From: an uncultured Actinomycetota bacterium | Lineage (GTDB): Bacteria; Actinomycetota; Actinomycetes; Mycobacteriales; Nakamurellaceae | Reading direction: 5' to 3' | Assembly: GCA_963700115.1 (NCBI GenBank) | Contig: OY969473.1 | Span: 2,499,446-2,563,445 of the forward strand | Length of the DNA: 64,000 nucleotides | Part shown: one piece after another, positions 10,141-19,939 of the stretch | How the letters are laid out: each line of letters begins with the position of its first letter | Numbering within the stretch: position 1 is the stretch's first letter | Translations under genes and position numbers: made by a program | Notes under the pieces: model-generated | What the model was told of the DNA's origin: nothing | Database searches by the model: none | What the model saw: the letters and a program-made list of their open reading frames with translations, nothing else

Positions 10141-11741
10141 TCACCACTGTTGTCGCTGCCGAAGGCACCAAGATCGGCAACACCGGGCTGAATCTCGCCA
10201 TCTTCGCCGCGTTCGTTGCGGTGACGATGTTCTTCGTCCTGCGGGCGAGCAAGACCAACAAGAGCGCGTCGGACATGTACACCGCCGGTGGCGCGTTCAC
10301 CGGTCGACAGAACGGCATCGCCATCTCCGGCGACTATCTCTCTGCGGCTTCGTTTCTCGGAATCGCCGGAGCGATCGCCCTCTCCGGATACGACGGATTC
10401 CTCTACAGCATCGGCTTCCTCGTTGCATGGTTGGTCGCACTGCTGCTCGTCGCCGAGCTGCTGCGCAACACCGGCCGGTTCACGATGGCCGACGTGCTGG
10501 CGTTCAGGATGCGGGAGCGCCCGGTCCGGACGGCCGCGGCCACCTCGACGCTGGTGGTGTCCTTCTTCTACCTGCTGGCCCAGATGGCCGGGGCCGGCGG
10601 ACTCGTCGCGCTACTGATGAACATCACCGACAAGGCCCAACAGGGCCTCGTCATCGCCGTCGTCGGCGTCCTGATGATCGCCTACGTCCTGATCGGCGGA
10701 ATGAAGGGCACCACCTACGTTCAGATCATCAAGGCGATCCTGCTGATCGCGGGCGCCGCGGTGATGAGCATCTGGGTGTTGGCCAACGTCGGGATGAACT
10801 TCTCCGACTTGCTGGGTCGGGGCGCCGCTGCCGGCGCTTCGCTGGACCCCGGTGCCAGGTACGGCCTGACCAACCTGACCAAGCTGGACTTCATCTCACT
10901 GGCGCTCGCGTTGGTCCTGGGCACCGCCGGCCTCCCGCACATCCTGATGCGGTTCTACACCGTGCCGACCGCAAAAGAGGCGCGCAAATCGGTCGTCTGG
11001 GCCATCGGCCTGATCGGGGTGTTCTACCTCTTCACGCTGGTCCTGGGCTACGGCGCGGCGGCGTTCGTCGGGCAGGACCGCATCAAGGCCGCACCCGGCG
11101 GCGCCAACTCGGCCGCTCCGCTGCTCGCCTTCGAACTGGGCGGGACGGTGCTGCTCGGGATCATTTCGGCGGTGGCGTTCGCGACCATTCTGGCCGTGGT
11201 GGCCGGCCTGACCATCACCGCATCGGCGTCCTTCGCCCATGACATCTACGCCAGCGTCATCAAGCGTGGCAAGCCTGCACCGGGCGCTGAAGTGAAGGTG
11301 GCGCGGATCGCCGCGGTGGTGGTGGGGGTCGTCGCAATCATCGGCGGTATCGCCGCCAATGGGCAGAACATCGCCTTCCTGGTGGCGCTGGCCTTCGCGG
11401 TGGCGGCTTCGGCGAACCTGCCGACCATCCTGTATTCGCTGTTCTGGAAGCGGTTCAACACCCGCGGCTGCCTGTGGAGCATCTACGGCGGTCTCACCAT
11501 CACGATCGTGCTGATCGTGTTCTCTCCGGCGGTCTCCGGGGCGCCCAGCGCGATGTTCCCCGGTGCGAACTTCGATTGGTTCCCGTTGTCCAACCCCGGC
11601 CTGGTCTCGATACCGGCATCTTTCCTGCTCGGATTCATCGGAACGGTCACCAGCAAGGAACACCTGGAGAACAAGGCCGCCGAGATGGAGGTCCGCTCAC
11701 TGACCGGCGCAGGTGCTGAAGGGAAGGCCCTGGACCATTGA
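10137..11741 (+). CDS. actP: Cation/acetate symporter (SSS family, ActP-like)
   Basis: NGIAISGDYLSAASFLG, GGMKGTTYVQIIKA, GTAGLPHILMRFYT. Confidence 0.93.
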   Translation: MITTVVAAEGTKIGNTGLNLAIFAAFVAVTMFFVLRASKTNKSASDMYTAGGAFTGRQNGIAISGDYLSAASFLGIAGAIALSGYDGFLYSIGFLVAWLVALLLVAELLRNTGRFTMADVLAFRMRERPVRTAAATSTLVVSFFYLLAQMAGAGGLVALLMNITDKAQQGLVIAVVGVLMIAYVLIGGMKGTTYVQIIKAILLIAGAAVMSIWVLANVGMNFSDLLGRGAAAGASLDPGARYGLTNLTKLDFISLALALVLGTAGLPHILMRFYTVPTAKEARKSVVWAIGLIGVFYLFTLVLGYGAAAFVGQDRIKAAPGGANSAAPLLAFELGGTVLLGIISAVAFATILAVVAGLTITASASFAHDIYASVIKRGKPAPGAEVKVARIAAVVVGVVAIIGGIAANGQNIAFLVALAFAVAASANLPTILYSLFWKRFNTRGCLWSIYGGLTITIVLIVFSPAVSGAPSAMFPGANFDWFPLSNPGLVSIPASFLLGFIGTVTSKEHLENKAAEMEVRSLTGAGAEGKALDH

Positions 11742-12256
11742 TCTGGCAGCGAGCCGCGGCAGTCGTCCCGGGCCTGTTCCCGCTCCAGCCCCCACGGCTG
11801 GACGGCTCCACCTGGGTCGATCGCCGCCGGGCGGGCCGGCCGACATTCGAGGTGTCCGCGTTGTACGAGATGGGCCAACGGGAGGCAGTCGAGGCGTCCG
11901 CCCACGAGATCGCCGAGAAGCTGCTGGACGAGCTGCTACCGGTGATCCCATTGGGGGCCGTGACCGCGGCCGACGAGCCCTACGTACACCGCATCCTCAT
12001 GGTCGCGACCCAGCTGGGCGTCGGCATCGGATTGGTCGAGATCCGCTCGCTGGAAACGTCTGTCGGCAGTGTTGACCGGCGTATCTGGGCAGTGCTCTGG
12101 CTGGCGGTACGGGACCTGCCGGAGATCCCGACGGCGCAACGGTTCGCCGCCGCATACCTGATGCAAGCCGGGCACTTCATCGCCCGCGCCGGGAGCGACC
12201 ACATCTCAGCCGTGGCTGAGACCCTGATGTCCGACCTGAGAACCACCGCCCGCTGA
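11738..12256 (+). CDS. Hypothetical protein
   Basis: 172-aa ORF with protein-like composition, overlapping the actP stop; start uncertain. Confidence 0.55.
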   Translation: MIWQRAAAVVPGLFPLQPPRLDGSTWVDRRRAGRPTFEVSALYEMGQREAVEASAHEIAEKLLDELLPVIPLGAVTAADEPYVHRILMVATQLGVGIGLVEIRSLETSVGSVDRRIWAVLWLAVRDLPEIPTAQRFAAAYLMQAGHFIARAGSDHISAVAETLMSDLRTTAR

Positions 12257-13054
12257 GAAGGCCTGATGGCGTATTCGTGCCCGATGGCCTCCCGGCCCCC
12301 AGTGGTTGCACCATGGGCCTTTTCACACACCAGCGGCGTGACGACGTCCTACGAATGCACCTTGGCCAGAACAACAACACCTCTGGCCGCCCCGACGAAG
12401 TCGTGGCCCACCCACGCCCCGCAGCCCGGCCACGCCGCAACACGCTCAGCTCGCCCGCACCACCGCCTGAGCCGGCACTGCCCTCCGAGACCGTCCGGTC
12501 CATGCGCTCAACGGGGCAGCAAGGCATACCCATCACAGGACACTTCGGATTGTCGGCGCCGGTGCCACGACAGCCACATGCCGTCGATGACGCGGAAAGA
12601 CACGCTGGCGCGCGAAGTCCGGACCAACGGAGACCACGGAGCTGACGTCGGAGCCGTTCGGCCGAGCTGGTCGCTCGGCGACTGACCGGTCGGACGGACC
12701 AGAACCGGCGTGCCCCAGCCGGGCTCGGAGTGGCGGACCAGAATGCTTCAAGTCTTCCGCGGCGGACTGTTCCACCGGCGGGCCGGCACGACGAGTCGGA
12801 ACATCGAGGCGAGCACCGGTGACCATCAGCACGGCCGATCCGGCGCCGGGTGCTCCGTCACCTGTTCCGAGGCGCACTCCCCGGCTTGACCGACCGACAA
12901 CTCGTTCCGGGTCCCGCAGCGCGCCACCTCGAGCAGCGTTCCGGCCAGGCGGCTGGGCTTGCCCCTCGCCCGCCGCAGCACGATAGTGGAACCGCATGCA
13001 TCTATGGGTGCTACTTCGAAGACCCCGGGTCAGCAGACTAGGCAGGAGGCCACC

Positions 13055-13739
13055 ATGAATCGCACGTTCGGCGCGTCGTTTCTTTCGTTGTGTGTTTTCG
13101 CGGCGGTCTCGGGGTGTGCGGACGCGCCGGCAAGTCCCACCGCCGGCACCTCAGCACCGCCTGGCCCCTCGATCGTCGCCACGACGAGTACGGCGTCCCT
13201 GAGCCTTGCGCCGTCAACGGCCACCGACAGCGACGGCCTCCGTGCCACGCTGGTGGGCCCGGACGGCGACGAACGTGGGACGGCGACCTTCGCCGAGGTC
13301 GCGGGCGGTGTACAGGTCACGGTGCAGGTGGACGGCCTGCCCCCCGGGTTCCACGGGTTTCATGTTCACGGCGTCGGGCTCTGGTGAGCCGAACAGCCAG
13401 TCGCCGGACGGGACGCAGACCGGCGACTTTCTCTCGGCAGGTGGGCATCTCGGAGCGGACGCGGCCGGCCACGGGGCACATGCAGGCGACCTCCCCGCGC
13501 TGTACGTCACGGAATCGGGGACCGGATCCCTGACCGCGACCGTCGACTCGATGACCGTCGCAGACCTCACGGACGGGGACGGCAGCGCACTGATGGTGCA
13601 CGCGAGCCCCGACAACCTCGCTCACATCCCGACCCGCTACAGCGCCGAATCGACACCCGGCCCGGACCAGGCGACCCTGAACACCGGGGACGGCGGAGCC
13701 CGGATCGCGTGCGGCCAGATCGCAGGTTCCGCGTCCTGA
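13055..13739 (+). CDS. sodC: Cu/Zn superoxide dismutase lipoprotein, frameshifted near 13384
   Basis: AGGAGG RBS, lipobox-like AVSGC, PGFHGFHVH; then SAGGH, HAGDLP, LMVHASPDN, RIACG. Confidence 0.9.
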
Positions 13740-14105
13740 CGCCCACCGCTCGACGCCGGTGGTGAGGTGGGCCTGGCCTGCCCAAGCTCCAGTGGAGTGT
13801 TGTGTGCTCCCCCTCTGAGGTATCTTCCGAGGCGGGTCGCGGCTGGACGCCACGACCGGAACTCTGCAGCGTGCGCCCACTGTGGTGGGCACGTCGTTGG
13901 TGATCCTGGTCGGAACCCCTCACCCGCTGCCCTGCAGCAGCTCAGCCCCTGCCGGCCCTCATACCAGCTCGGGCGACGCGACAGCGTGACCCGCTGCAAC
14001 GCGGAACCGTGCGCCAACTACCGGCGCCATCGGTCCCCGGCGGATCGACGGCGGCGAGAGGCTCGCGGGCACTCCGGCGTGTGCGGCCACCCCGCCGGGC
14101 GGACT

Positions 14106-15398
14106 TCATTCGACGTCCGTACCCCCGCCGTCGGCCCGGCCGAGCCGACGGACCCGCCGGCGCTCCGCGCGCTTGGCGTCCACGTGCTGCATGGCAGGGT
14201 GCGCCGAGATGCCGTGCACCACCACGGACATCGTCACGACCAGCCCGACGATCGCCCACAGCCGTGCGGCGTCGGCCAAGTCACCGAGCTTTTCGATGCC
14301 GAACGCCAGGTAGTAGATCGACCCGATCCCGCGGACGCCGAAGAACGCCATCGCACCGCGTTCGCGGCGCGTGCCGGCGGATCCGATCAGCGCCAGCCAG
14401 CCGAAGATCGGGCGGAACACGAACAGCAGGACCACCGCCAGCGCCCAGTCGGCCAGGGTCAGCGGGGCCAGCAGCCCGCGAGCGATCGCACCGCCCAAGA
14501 GGACCAGCACGAGCACGGTGATCAGCCGCTCGACCTGCTCGACGAAGCCGTGCAGGACGGCGTGGTAGCCGTGCTGACGCTCCGACGCCCGGATGCTGCA
14601 GGCGCACACGAACACGGCGATGAACCCGTAGCCGTTCACGAGCTCCGTGACGCCGTAGGCGAGGAAGGTCGCGGCCAGCGCCACGAAGCCGTCCCCCCGC
14701 TCGGCCAGCGCGGTACCGGAGCCCAACGCACGCCGGAAGATCAGCCGGCCGAGCAGCCACCCGACGCCGACCCCCATGGCCACCCCGGCCGCCAGCCGGT
14801 ACACCAGGTCGAAAGCGAACCACCCCCCGATCCATTCACCGGGGCCGAGACCGGCCAGGCCGATCGCCACCGCGGCGTAGGTGAAGGGGAACGCCAACCC
14901 GTCGTTGAGACCCGCTTCGGAGGTCAGCGCGAACCGGACCTCGTCCTCCTTCTCGGGCTCGTCCGACGGCTCGCCCACCTGGACGTCCGACGCGAGCACC
15001 GGGTCGGTGGGGGCGAGCGCCGCCCCGAGCAGCATCGCCGCGGCCGGCGCGAGGCCGAGCCCCCACCAGCCGATCGCGGCGACCACGAGGACGGTCAGCG
15101 GCAGGGTGATGGCCAGCAGCCGCCAGGTGGCGCCCCAGCTCTTCCAGCCCACAGGCCGGTCGATGGCCAGCCCGGCCCCCATCAGCGCGATGATCACGCA
15201 GACCTCGGTGAGGTGTTCCGTCGCCACGCCGTACTTCAGCGGGTCGGGAGTTGCGAGATCGGGCAGCAGCAGCCACGTCACCACCCCGGCGCCCAGGAAA
15301 ACCATCGGCTCGGACAAGGGCAGCCGGCTCAACAGCCCGGGCAGGAGCGCGGCCAACAGAGTGGCCGCTCCGCTCGCCGCGAAGATCCACGCGATCAT
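14106..15398 (-). CDS. Cation:proton antiporter (CPA1/NhaP-like)
   Basis: LAPTDPVLA, SEAGLNDGLAFP, FFGVRGIGSIYY; many TMs. Confidence 0.92.
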   Translation of the reverse strand: MIAWIFAASGAATLLAALLPGLLSRLPLSEPMVFLGAGVVTWLLLPDLATPDPLKYGVATEHLTEVCVIIALMGAGLAIDRPVGWKSWGATWRLLAITLPLTVLVVAAIGWWGLGLAPAAAMLLGAALAPTDPVLASDVQVGEPSDEPEKEDEVRFALTSEAGLNDGLAFPFTYAAVAIGLAGLGPGEWIGGWFAFDLVYRLAAGVAMGVGVGWLLGRLIFRRALGSGTALAERGDGFVALAATFLAYGVTELVNGYGFIAVFVCACSIRASERQHGYHAVLHGFVEQVERLITVLVLVLLGGAIARGLLAPLTLADWALAVVLLFVFRPIFGWLALIGSAGTRRERGAMAFFGVRGIGSIYYLAFGIEKLGDLADAARLWAIVGLVVTMSVVVHGISAHPAMQHVDAKRAERRRVRRLGRADGGGTDVE

Positions 15399-15400
15399 GT

Positions 15401-15855
15401 TCACAACCCGTTGTACCCCGCGCTTCGGTGGCGGCAGCCGCGCCATGCCGGAGCTGGGACGAAGCCGCGACTTCTGACCGGCACCGCCGGTGTGCTCACC
15501 GACTCAGCCGCCGCCGGCGTCCGCACGCTGCGCCAGCAGAAGCAGAGAACCAGCCTGTCACCGGTCGCCGACGCCGCCGCAAACTTGCCGAAAACTGCGC
15601 CGGTGTCGTCGTTGCACCGGCGCGGAGCAGCTGACCCTCGCCACGGGTCACCGGGTGGAAGGCGTTGTCCAGCACGGTGATCCGCGATGAGGTAGTGACG
15701 GCCGCCGAACAGTGCCCCGAGAGTTGTACACGGTTGTCCGTGGTGAACAGGATCCCGGCCGGCGCGCTGAGCTCGATGAACGCGCCTGCGGCGTCGGCGC
15801 GGGTGCTCGGCAGACTGTTCGGCAGGGCGCTGACGTCGATCTGCTCGGCGTTCAT
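15401..15855 (-). CDS. Hypothetical protein, probably frameshifted near 15582
   Basis: GGAGG before ATG 15855 (MNAEQIDVSALPN...AQFSASL); composition stays protein-like only if the frame changes. 3' end uncertain. Confidence 0.35.
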
Positions 15856-16127
15856 CAGGTCGACGACCTCCCGGGTGCGGGCGCGTCCGGACAGCGGGAT
15901 CGTCCGAAGCCGCGACGAAACACCAGTAGCGGCACAGGTCGCCGAGGAGGACCATTCCGCCGAAGCCGAGCCGAGAGCCCATCCCCCAGCCTTTCGCGAC
16001 TGACAGGGATTGCGTCGGCCACCCCTCCATCGCCGACTGTGGTCACCTCGGACACTCTTCCGGGCCGGGCCGGGCGATTTCGGCGTGCGCCGCCGGCCTC
16101 GCGGCCGACGGCCGCGCGGCTCGACGG

Positions 16128-16989
16128 TCAGCTGCCGACACCCACTGGCGCCGTCGAAGCCGCCGTGGCGACATCCCACCACAGCTTGTTCACCGCGTGG
16201 TACCGGTCGTCGGCATCCGGCGCTGCGTCCCAGGGCTTGTCGATGATGTAGTGGATGTTCTTGACCTCTGCGGCGTCCCACATCGTCGGGTGTTGGAAGG
16301 GCAGCGTCTTGAGCGCGTTGTAGACGTAGGGCTGCGGCACCCAGCGGTGCAGGTAGTACGCGTTCAGGAAGTCCTGCTCGGCGAACGGATACGCCGTCAG
16401 GTCGGTGACGGCGGCCAGCGTCGCGATGAGGTCGGTGAACACCGCCTCGTCCGGCTCCACGACGAGAAACCCGCCGTTGAAGTAGTTGTCGACCTTCGGT
16501 CGGCTCGCTGGTGTGGTCCAGTCCCCGGCAGTAGCTGTAGAAGCAGTTCTCCGGGACCCAGTTCGCCGGGTAGCTGGCGATCCGGCGCGGATTGCACCGG
16601 CACGCGTGGCAGGCGGCGATGTGCCCCTCGGCCAGTGGCAGGGTGAACAGCTCGTCCATGTTCCGGGTCACCAACATGTCGGCGTCGAGGATGACGATCC
16701 GGTCGAACTCGGTGAGGCGCCAGGCACCCAGCTTGGACCAGACCTCGGCGAACCGGGCGTTGGCGTAGTTGTCCTCGAGATCATCGGCGGGGCGGACGGT
16801 CTCGACCTCTCGCAGCAGGCAACCGTCGTCGGCCAGGAGCTGCCGGCCGGCGGCGTCGATCCCGTCGGTGACCATCACCACGAATGGGTACGGACTGCCG
16901 GACGACAGGAGCGAAGCGCGCAGTGTGCGGACCCCCACCAGGTAGTCGGGCTGCGTCAGCAACGTGACCCAGGCGAAGTTGCCGCTCAC
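16128..16989 (-). CDS. GT8 glycosyltransferase (galactinol synthase/glycogenin-like), frameshifted near 16493
   Basis: WSKL, ILDADMLV, CHACRCNP..YP..W.PENC, YFNGGFLVVEP, FAEQDFLN, YNALK, IHYIIDKPW. GTGA overlap with the upstream gene. Confidence 0.88.
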
Positions 16990-18365
16990 GCGAACAGTCC
17001 CGCGGTGAACGCGTTGGCGAACCGGTGGTCCGGATCCAGCGCCTCGCGGACCTGCCGGAAGGACTCCCACTGCGGGTAGAGCGTCGCCCAGTCGTAGAGC
17101 GATTCGTCGAAGTACTTGCCCCAGTGGGGGCGCCCGCCCTCCGCGGCCAGCAGCTTCTCCACCTCGCGCAGGAAGTCCTGGCCCTCCGCCGACAGCGAAC
17201 CGTCGTCGGAGTAGTAGACGACGAAGCCGAAATAGCAGGTGTCCTGGCCGTTCGACGGGCTGAGCCACGCCTCCGACGCGCCGGTGCAGCGCAGGATCAC
17301 CGGGTAGTGCATGCGCGGCTTGGTGACGTCGTGCCAGTCCTTGATCTTCTTGATCACGCCACCGGCCAGGTCCAGCGGGATGCCGATCTCGACGTTGATC
17401 TGCGGTGTCGCGATCCCGCGACAGAACACCTGATAGATGTCGCCGGTGACGTCGGTGAAGTCACGGAACCGGGTGACAGTGCGGGACGGCTTGTCGTCGA
17501 CGGCCACCTTGGTGTCGTCGCGCAGCTGCCGCAGCGTCTGGTCGATCGTCTCGTTCATCGTGTTGCTGACGGTCGGGTGCTCCACGAGCCGGCTCCCGCC
17601 GGCCCGGTACTCGGCGACCTCGTCGTCGGTGGCGCGCTGCGCGGCCCAGACCTGGACCTGGCCTTCCTGCGGGAACCACCAAGCCTTGACCAGGTCGTTG
17701 TCCCGGTTCCAGGTCTGTAGCTCGCCGTCGAGCGAGTCGGCGGACGTCGCCGACTTCACGCAGGTGTAGATCGGCGAAGGCTCGGTGCGCAGGGTGACGC
17801 GGGTGATGACGCCCAGCGAGCCCAGCCCGAGCTGTACCGCGGGGAACCACGGGTCGTCACGGTCGAACTCCCGCACAGAGCCGTCGGCCAGCACCAGCCG
17901 GATCATCAGCGCGGCGTCGGCGATCGAGCTCTGCTGGAGGCCCTGGCCGTGGGTGCCGGTCGAGATGGCCCCGGCCAGTGTCTGGGCGGCGATCACCCCG
18001 GGCGAGGACGGCAGCATCTTCCCCTCGGCGGAGAGCACGGCGTATACGTCGGACAGCGGAGTGGCGCCGGCGAAGGTGGCGGTGTCGTCGGTCAGGGAGA
18101 TCAGCCCGCGGAGGCCGTTGACGTCGAGCAGGGTGCCGCCGTCGTCGTCGAGTCCGAGCAGCCGGCCCGGCGACATCCGGCTGCCGATCATCCGGACGGC
18201 ACCGGTGGTGGACGCCAGGAACCCGCAGAGCTCGTCCTCGGTCGTCGGCGTGGCTACCGAACCTGCCGGGGCGATGACGGCGTTGCGGGCCCAGTTGCGG
18301 GTCCGGACGTCTTCGCCGGCTACTTCTGGTTGACTACGGGGATACCCCGGATGCTCGACAGCCAT
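16986..18365 (-). CDS. VAO-type flavoprotein, aldonolactone oxidoreductase family (ALO/GULO/GALDH-like)
   Basis: NWARN, GAISTGTHG, LGSLGVIT, GGRPHWGK, DP..RFAN. Confidence 0.88.
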   Translation of the reverse strand: MAVEHPGYPRSQPEVAGEDVRTRNWARNAVIAPAGSVATPTTEDELCGFLASTTGAVRMIGSRMSPGRLLGLDDDGGTLLDVNGLRGLISLTDDTATFAGATPLSDVYAVLSAEGKMLPSSPGVIAAQTLAGAISTGTHGQGLQQSSIADAALMIRLVLADGSVREFDRDDPWFPAVQLGLGSLGVITRVTLRTEPSPIYTCVKSATSADSLDGELQTWNRDNDLVKAWWFPQEGQVQVWAAQRATDDEVAEYRAGGSRLVEHPTVSNTMNETIDQTLRQLRDDTKVAVDDKPSRTVTRFRDFTDVTGDIYQVFCRGIATPQINVEIGIPLDLAGGVIKKIKDWHDVTKPRMHYPVILRCTGASEAWLSPSNGQDTCYFGFVVYYSDDGSLSAEGQDFLREVEKLLAAEGGRPHWGKYFDESLYDWATLYPQWESFRQVREALDPDHRFANAFTAGLFA

Positions 18366-18371
18366 GGACGG

Positions 18372-18468
18372 TTCCTCACCTCGGGTTCGGGTGTGCGGCG
18401 CTGAAGAACATCAGCAGAGTGCTCATGTCCACTGTGCCCGGTCGGCACTCGTCCCCGGGTGTGAGGAA
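18372..18468 (-). promoter_or_regulatory. Putative structured 5' leader pairing over the RBS of the oxidoreductase-GT8 operon
   Basis: UUCCUCAC is complementary to GUGAGGAA (SD) and encloses two internal stems. Confidence 0.45.
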
Positions 18469-18649
18469 TGACGCCCCCCTGAGGTGCATCGAGCTGGTCA
18501 GGCCGGGTAGTAGTACCACCCCGGTGCTGCCTGCGTCGGTGGCCGGACCGGCGGGTACTGCAGCATCATCTGCGGGACACGTGGGCGGCCTCGGGCCGCC
18601 TGTGGTGCGAACAATGCGCCCGGTCCGGCCAGGGACGAAGGAGTACCCC

Positions 18650-19801
18650 ATGACCTCAGTACTGCCCACCTCGATGCTGGCTGCGGTGTGGCCGGGCGAT
18701 GCCCCGGAGCTGCGGATCGAGCGGATCCCGGTGCCGACCCCGCGCCGCGACGAGGTGCTGATCAGGGTGCGCTCGTGCGGGGTGTGCCACACGGACCTGC
18801 ACGTGATGAAAGGCGAGGTTCGTTTCCCCAGCCCCGCGGTCCTGGGGCACGAGGTCAGCGGCACCGTCGCCGCCTTCGGCGACGGCACCACCGACCGGCG
18901 CGGGCTGTCGGTGGGCGACGACGTCACCGGAGCGTTCATCATGCCGTGCACGACCTGTGACGCATGTCAGCACGGCCGGGACGATCTGTGCGCCTCGTTC
19001 TTCAACCAGAACCGCCTCAACGGGACGCTCTACGACGGCACCACCCGGCTGGCCCGGGAGGACGGGACGCCGCTGGCCATGTACTCGATGGCGGGCCTCG
19101 CCGAGTACGCCGTGGTGCCCATCGCGGCGCTCGCGGCGTTGCCGCCCGGGATTGCGCTCGAGGAGGCCGCCATCCTGGGCTGCGCCGCGTTCACCGCATA
19201 CGGCGCCGTGCACCGGGCCGCGGAGATCAGGCCGGGCGAGTCGATGGCAGTGGTGGCGGTGGGCGGGGTCGGTTCCGGGATCATCCAGGTCGGCCGCGCG
19301 GCTGGTGCGGCACCCATCATCGCCGTCGACGTGAGCGACGAGAAGTTGGAAGCTGCACGAGCTCTGGGAGCCCACGAAACCGTGAACTCGATGACGTGCG
19401 ATGCCGTCGCCACCGTCCGGGAGCTGACCGGAGGACGGGGAGTGGACGCCGCATTCGAGGCGTTGGGCCGGCCGGCCACGTTCAACCAGGCGTTCCGGAT
19501 GCTCGCCGACGGCGGCCGGATGGTCGCGGTGGGCATCGCCGCCGGCGTGGAGAGCGCACAGGTGGAGATAACGCCGCTGGTGCGCCGCGGCCAGCGGGTC
19601 ATCGGGTCGTTCGGGGCCCGGACCCGAGAAGACCTCGGCAAGGTCGTCGGGCTCGCGGCCGACGGGTCGTTCGACCTGGAGACCGCGGTCACCCGGCGCT
19701 ACGCGTTGGCCGACGCGGACGCGGCCTACCAGGCGCTGGCGCGGGGCGAGATCACCGGCCGCGCCATCGTCGTCATGGCCGACGTCGCTGCGGACGACTG
19801 A
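18650..19801 (+). CDS. Zn-dependent alcohol dehydrogenase (MDR)
   Basis: GVCHTDLH, LGHEVSG, CxxCxxC-x7-C; AAGGAG RBS. Confidence 0.93.
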   Translation: MTSVLPTSMLAAVWPGDAPELRIERIPVPTPRRDEVLIRVRSCGVCHTDLHVMKGEVRFPSPAVLGHEVSGTVAAFGDGTTDRRGLSVGDDVTGAFIMPCTTCDACQHGRDDLCASFFNQNRLNGTLYDGTTRLAREDGTPLAMYSMAGLAEYAVVPIAALAALPPGIALEEAAILGCAAFTAYGAVHRAAEIRPGESMAVVAVGGVGSGIIQVGRAAGAAPIIAVDVSDEKLEAARALGAHETVNSMTCDAVATVRELTGGRGVDAAFEALGRPATFNQAFRMLADGGRMVAVGIAAGVESAQVEITPLVRRGQRVIGSFGARTREDLGKVVGLAADGSFDLETAVTRRYALADADAAYQALARGEITGRAIVVMADVAADD

Positions 19802-19804
19802 ATC

Positions 19805-19881
19805 GCGGCCGGCTGCGCCGTGCGGCCGGCTGCGCTGCGGCCGGCTGCGCTGCGGCCGGCTGCGCCGTGGCCGGCTGCGCC
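19805..19881. repeat. About 5 copies of a ~15-bp tandem repeat (GCGGCCGGCTGCGCY)
   Basis: Read directly just after the ADH stop. Confidence 0.85.
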
Positions 19882-19894
19882 ATGCTCGTTGATG

Positions 19895-19934
19895 CGCCGG
19901 TGGGCGCCGGGTCAGAACCCGGCACCCACCGGCG
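19895..19934. terminator. Bidirectional hairpin between convergent ADH and MFS genes
   Basis: cgccggtgggcgccgggt-caga-acccggcacccaccggcg, 18-bp arms with one mismatch. Confidence 0.7.
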
Positions 19935-19939
19935 GGAGT

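Noticed and set aside
13385-13387. TGA inside sodC as selenocysteine or readthrough
   Set aside because: The protein continues in another frame. Removing one G restores GLCEPNS, so it is a frameshift.
13767-15680. Long antisense ORFs (also 29636-31480, 48114-50024 and others)
   Set aside because: Shadow frames of real genes, expected in high-GC DNA.
15496-17268. 590-aa ORF as one gene
   Set aside because: It strings together the GT8 N-terminus and an unrelated downstream ORF because of the frameshift.
19805-19881. Repeat tracts here and at 51241-51308 as CRISPR arrays
   Set aside because: Contiguous 15-bp units with no spacers and no cas genes.
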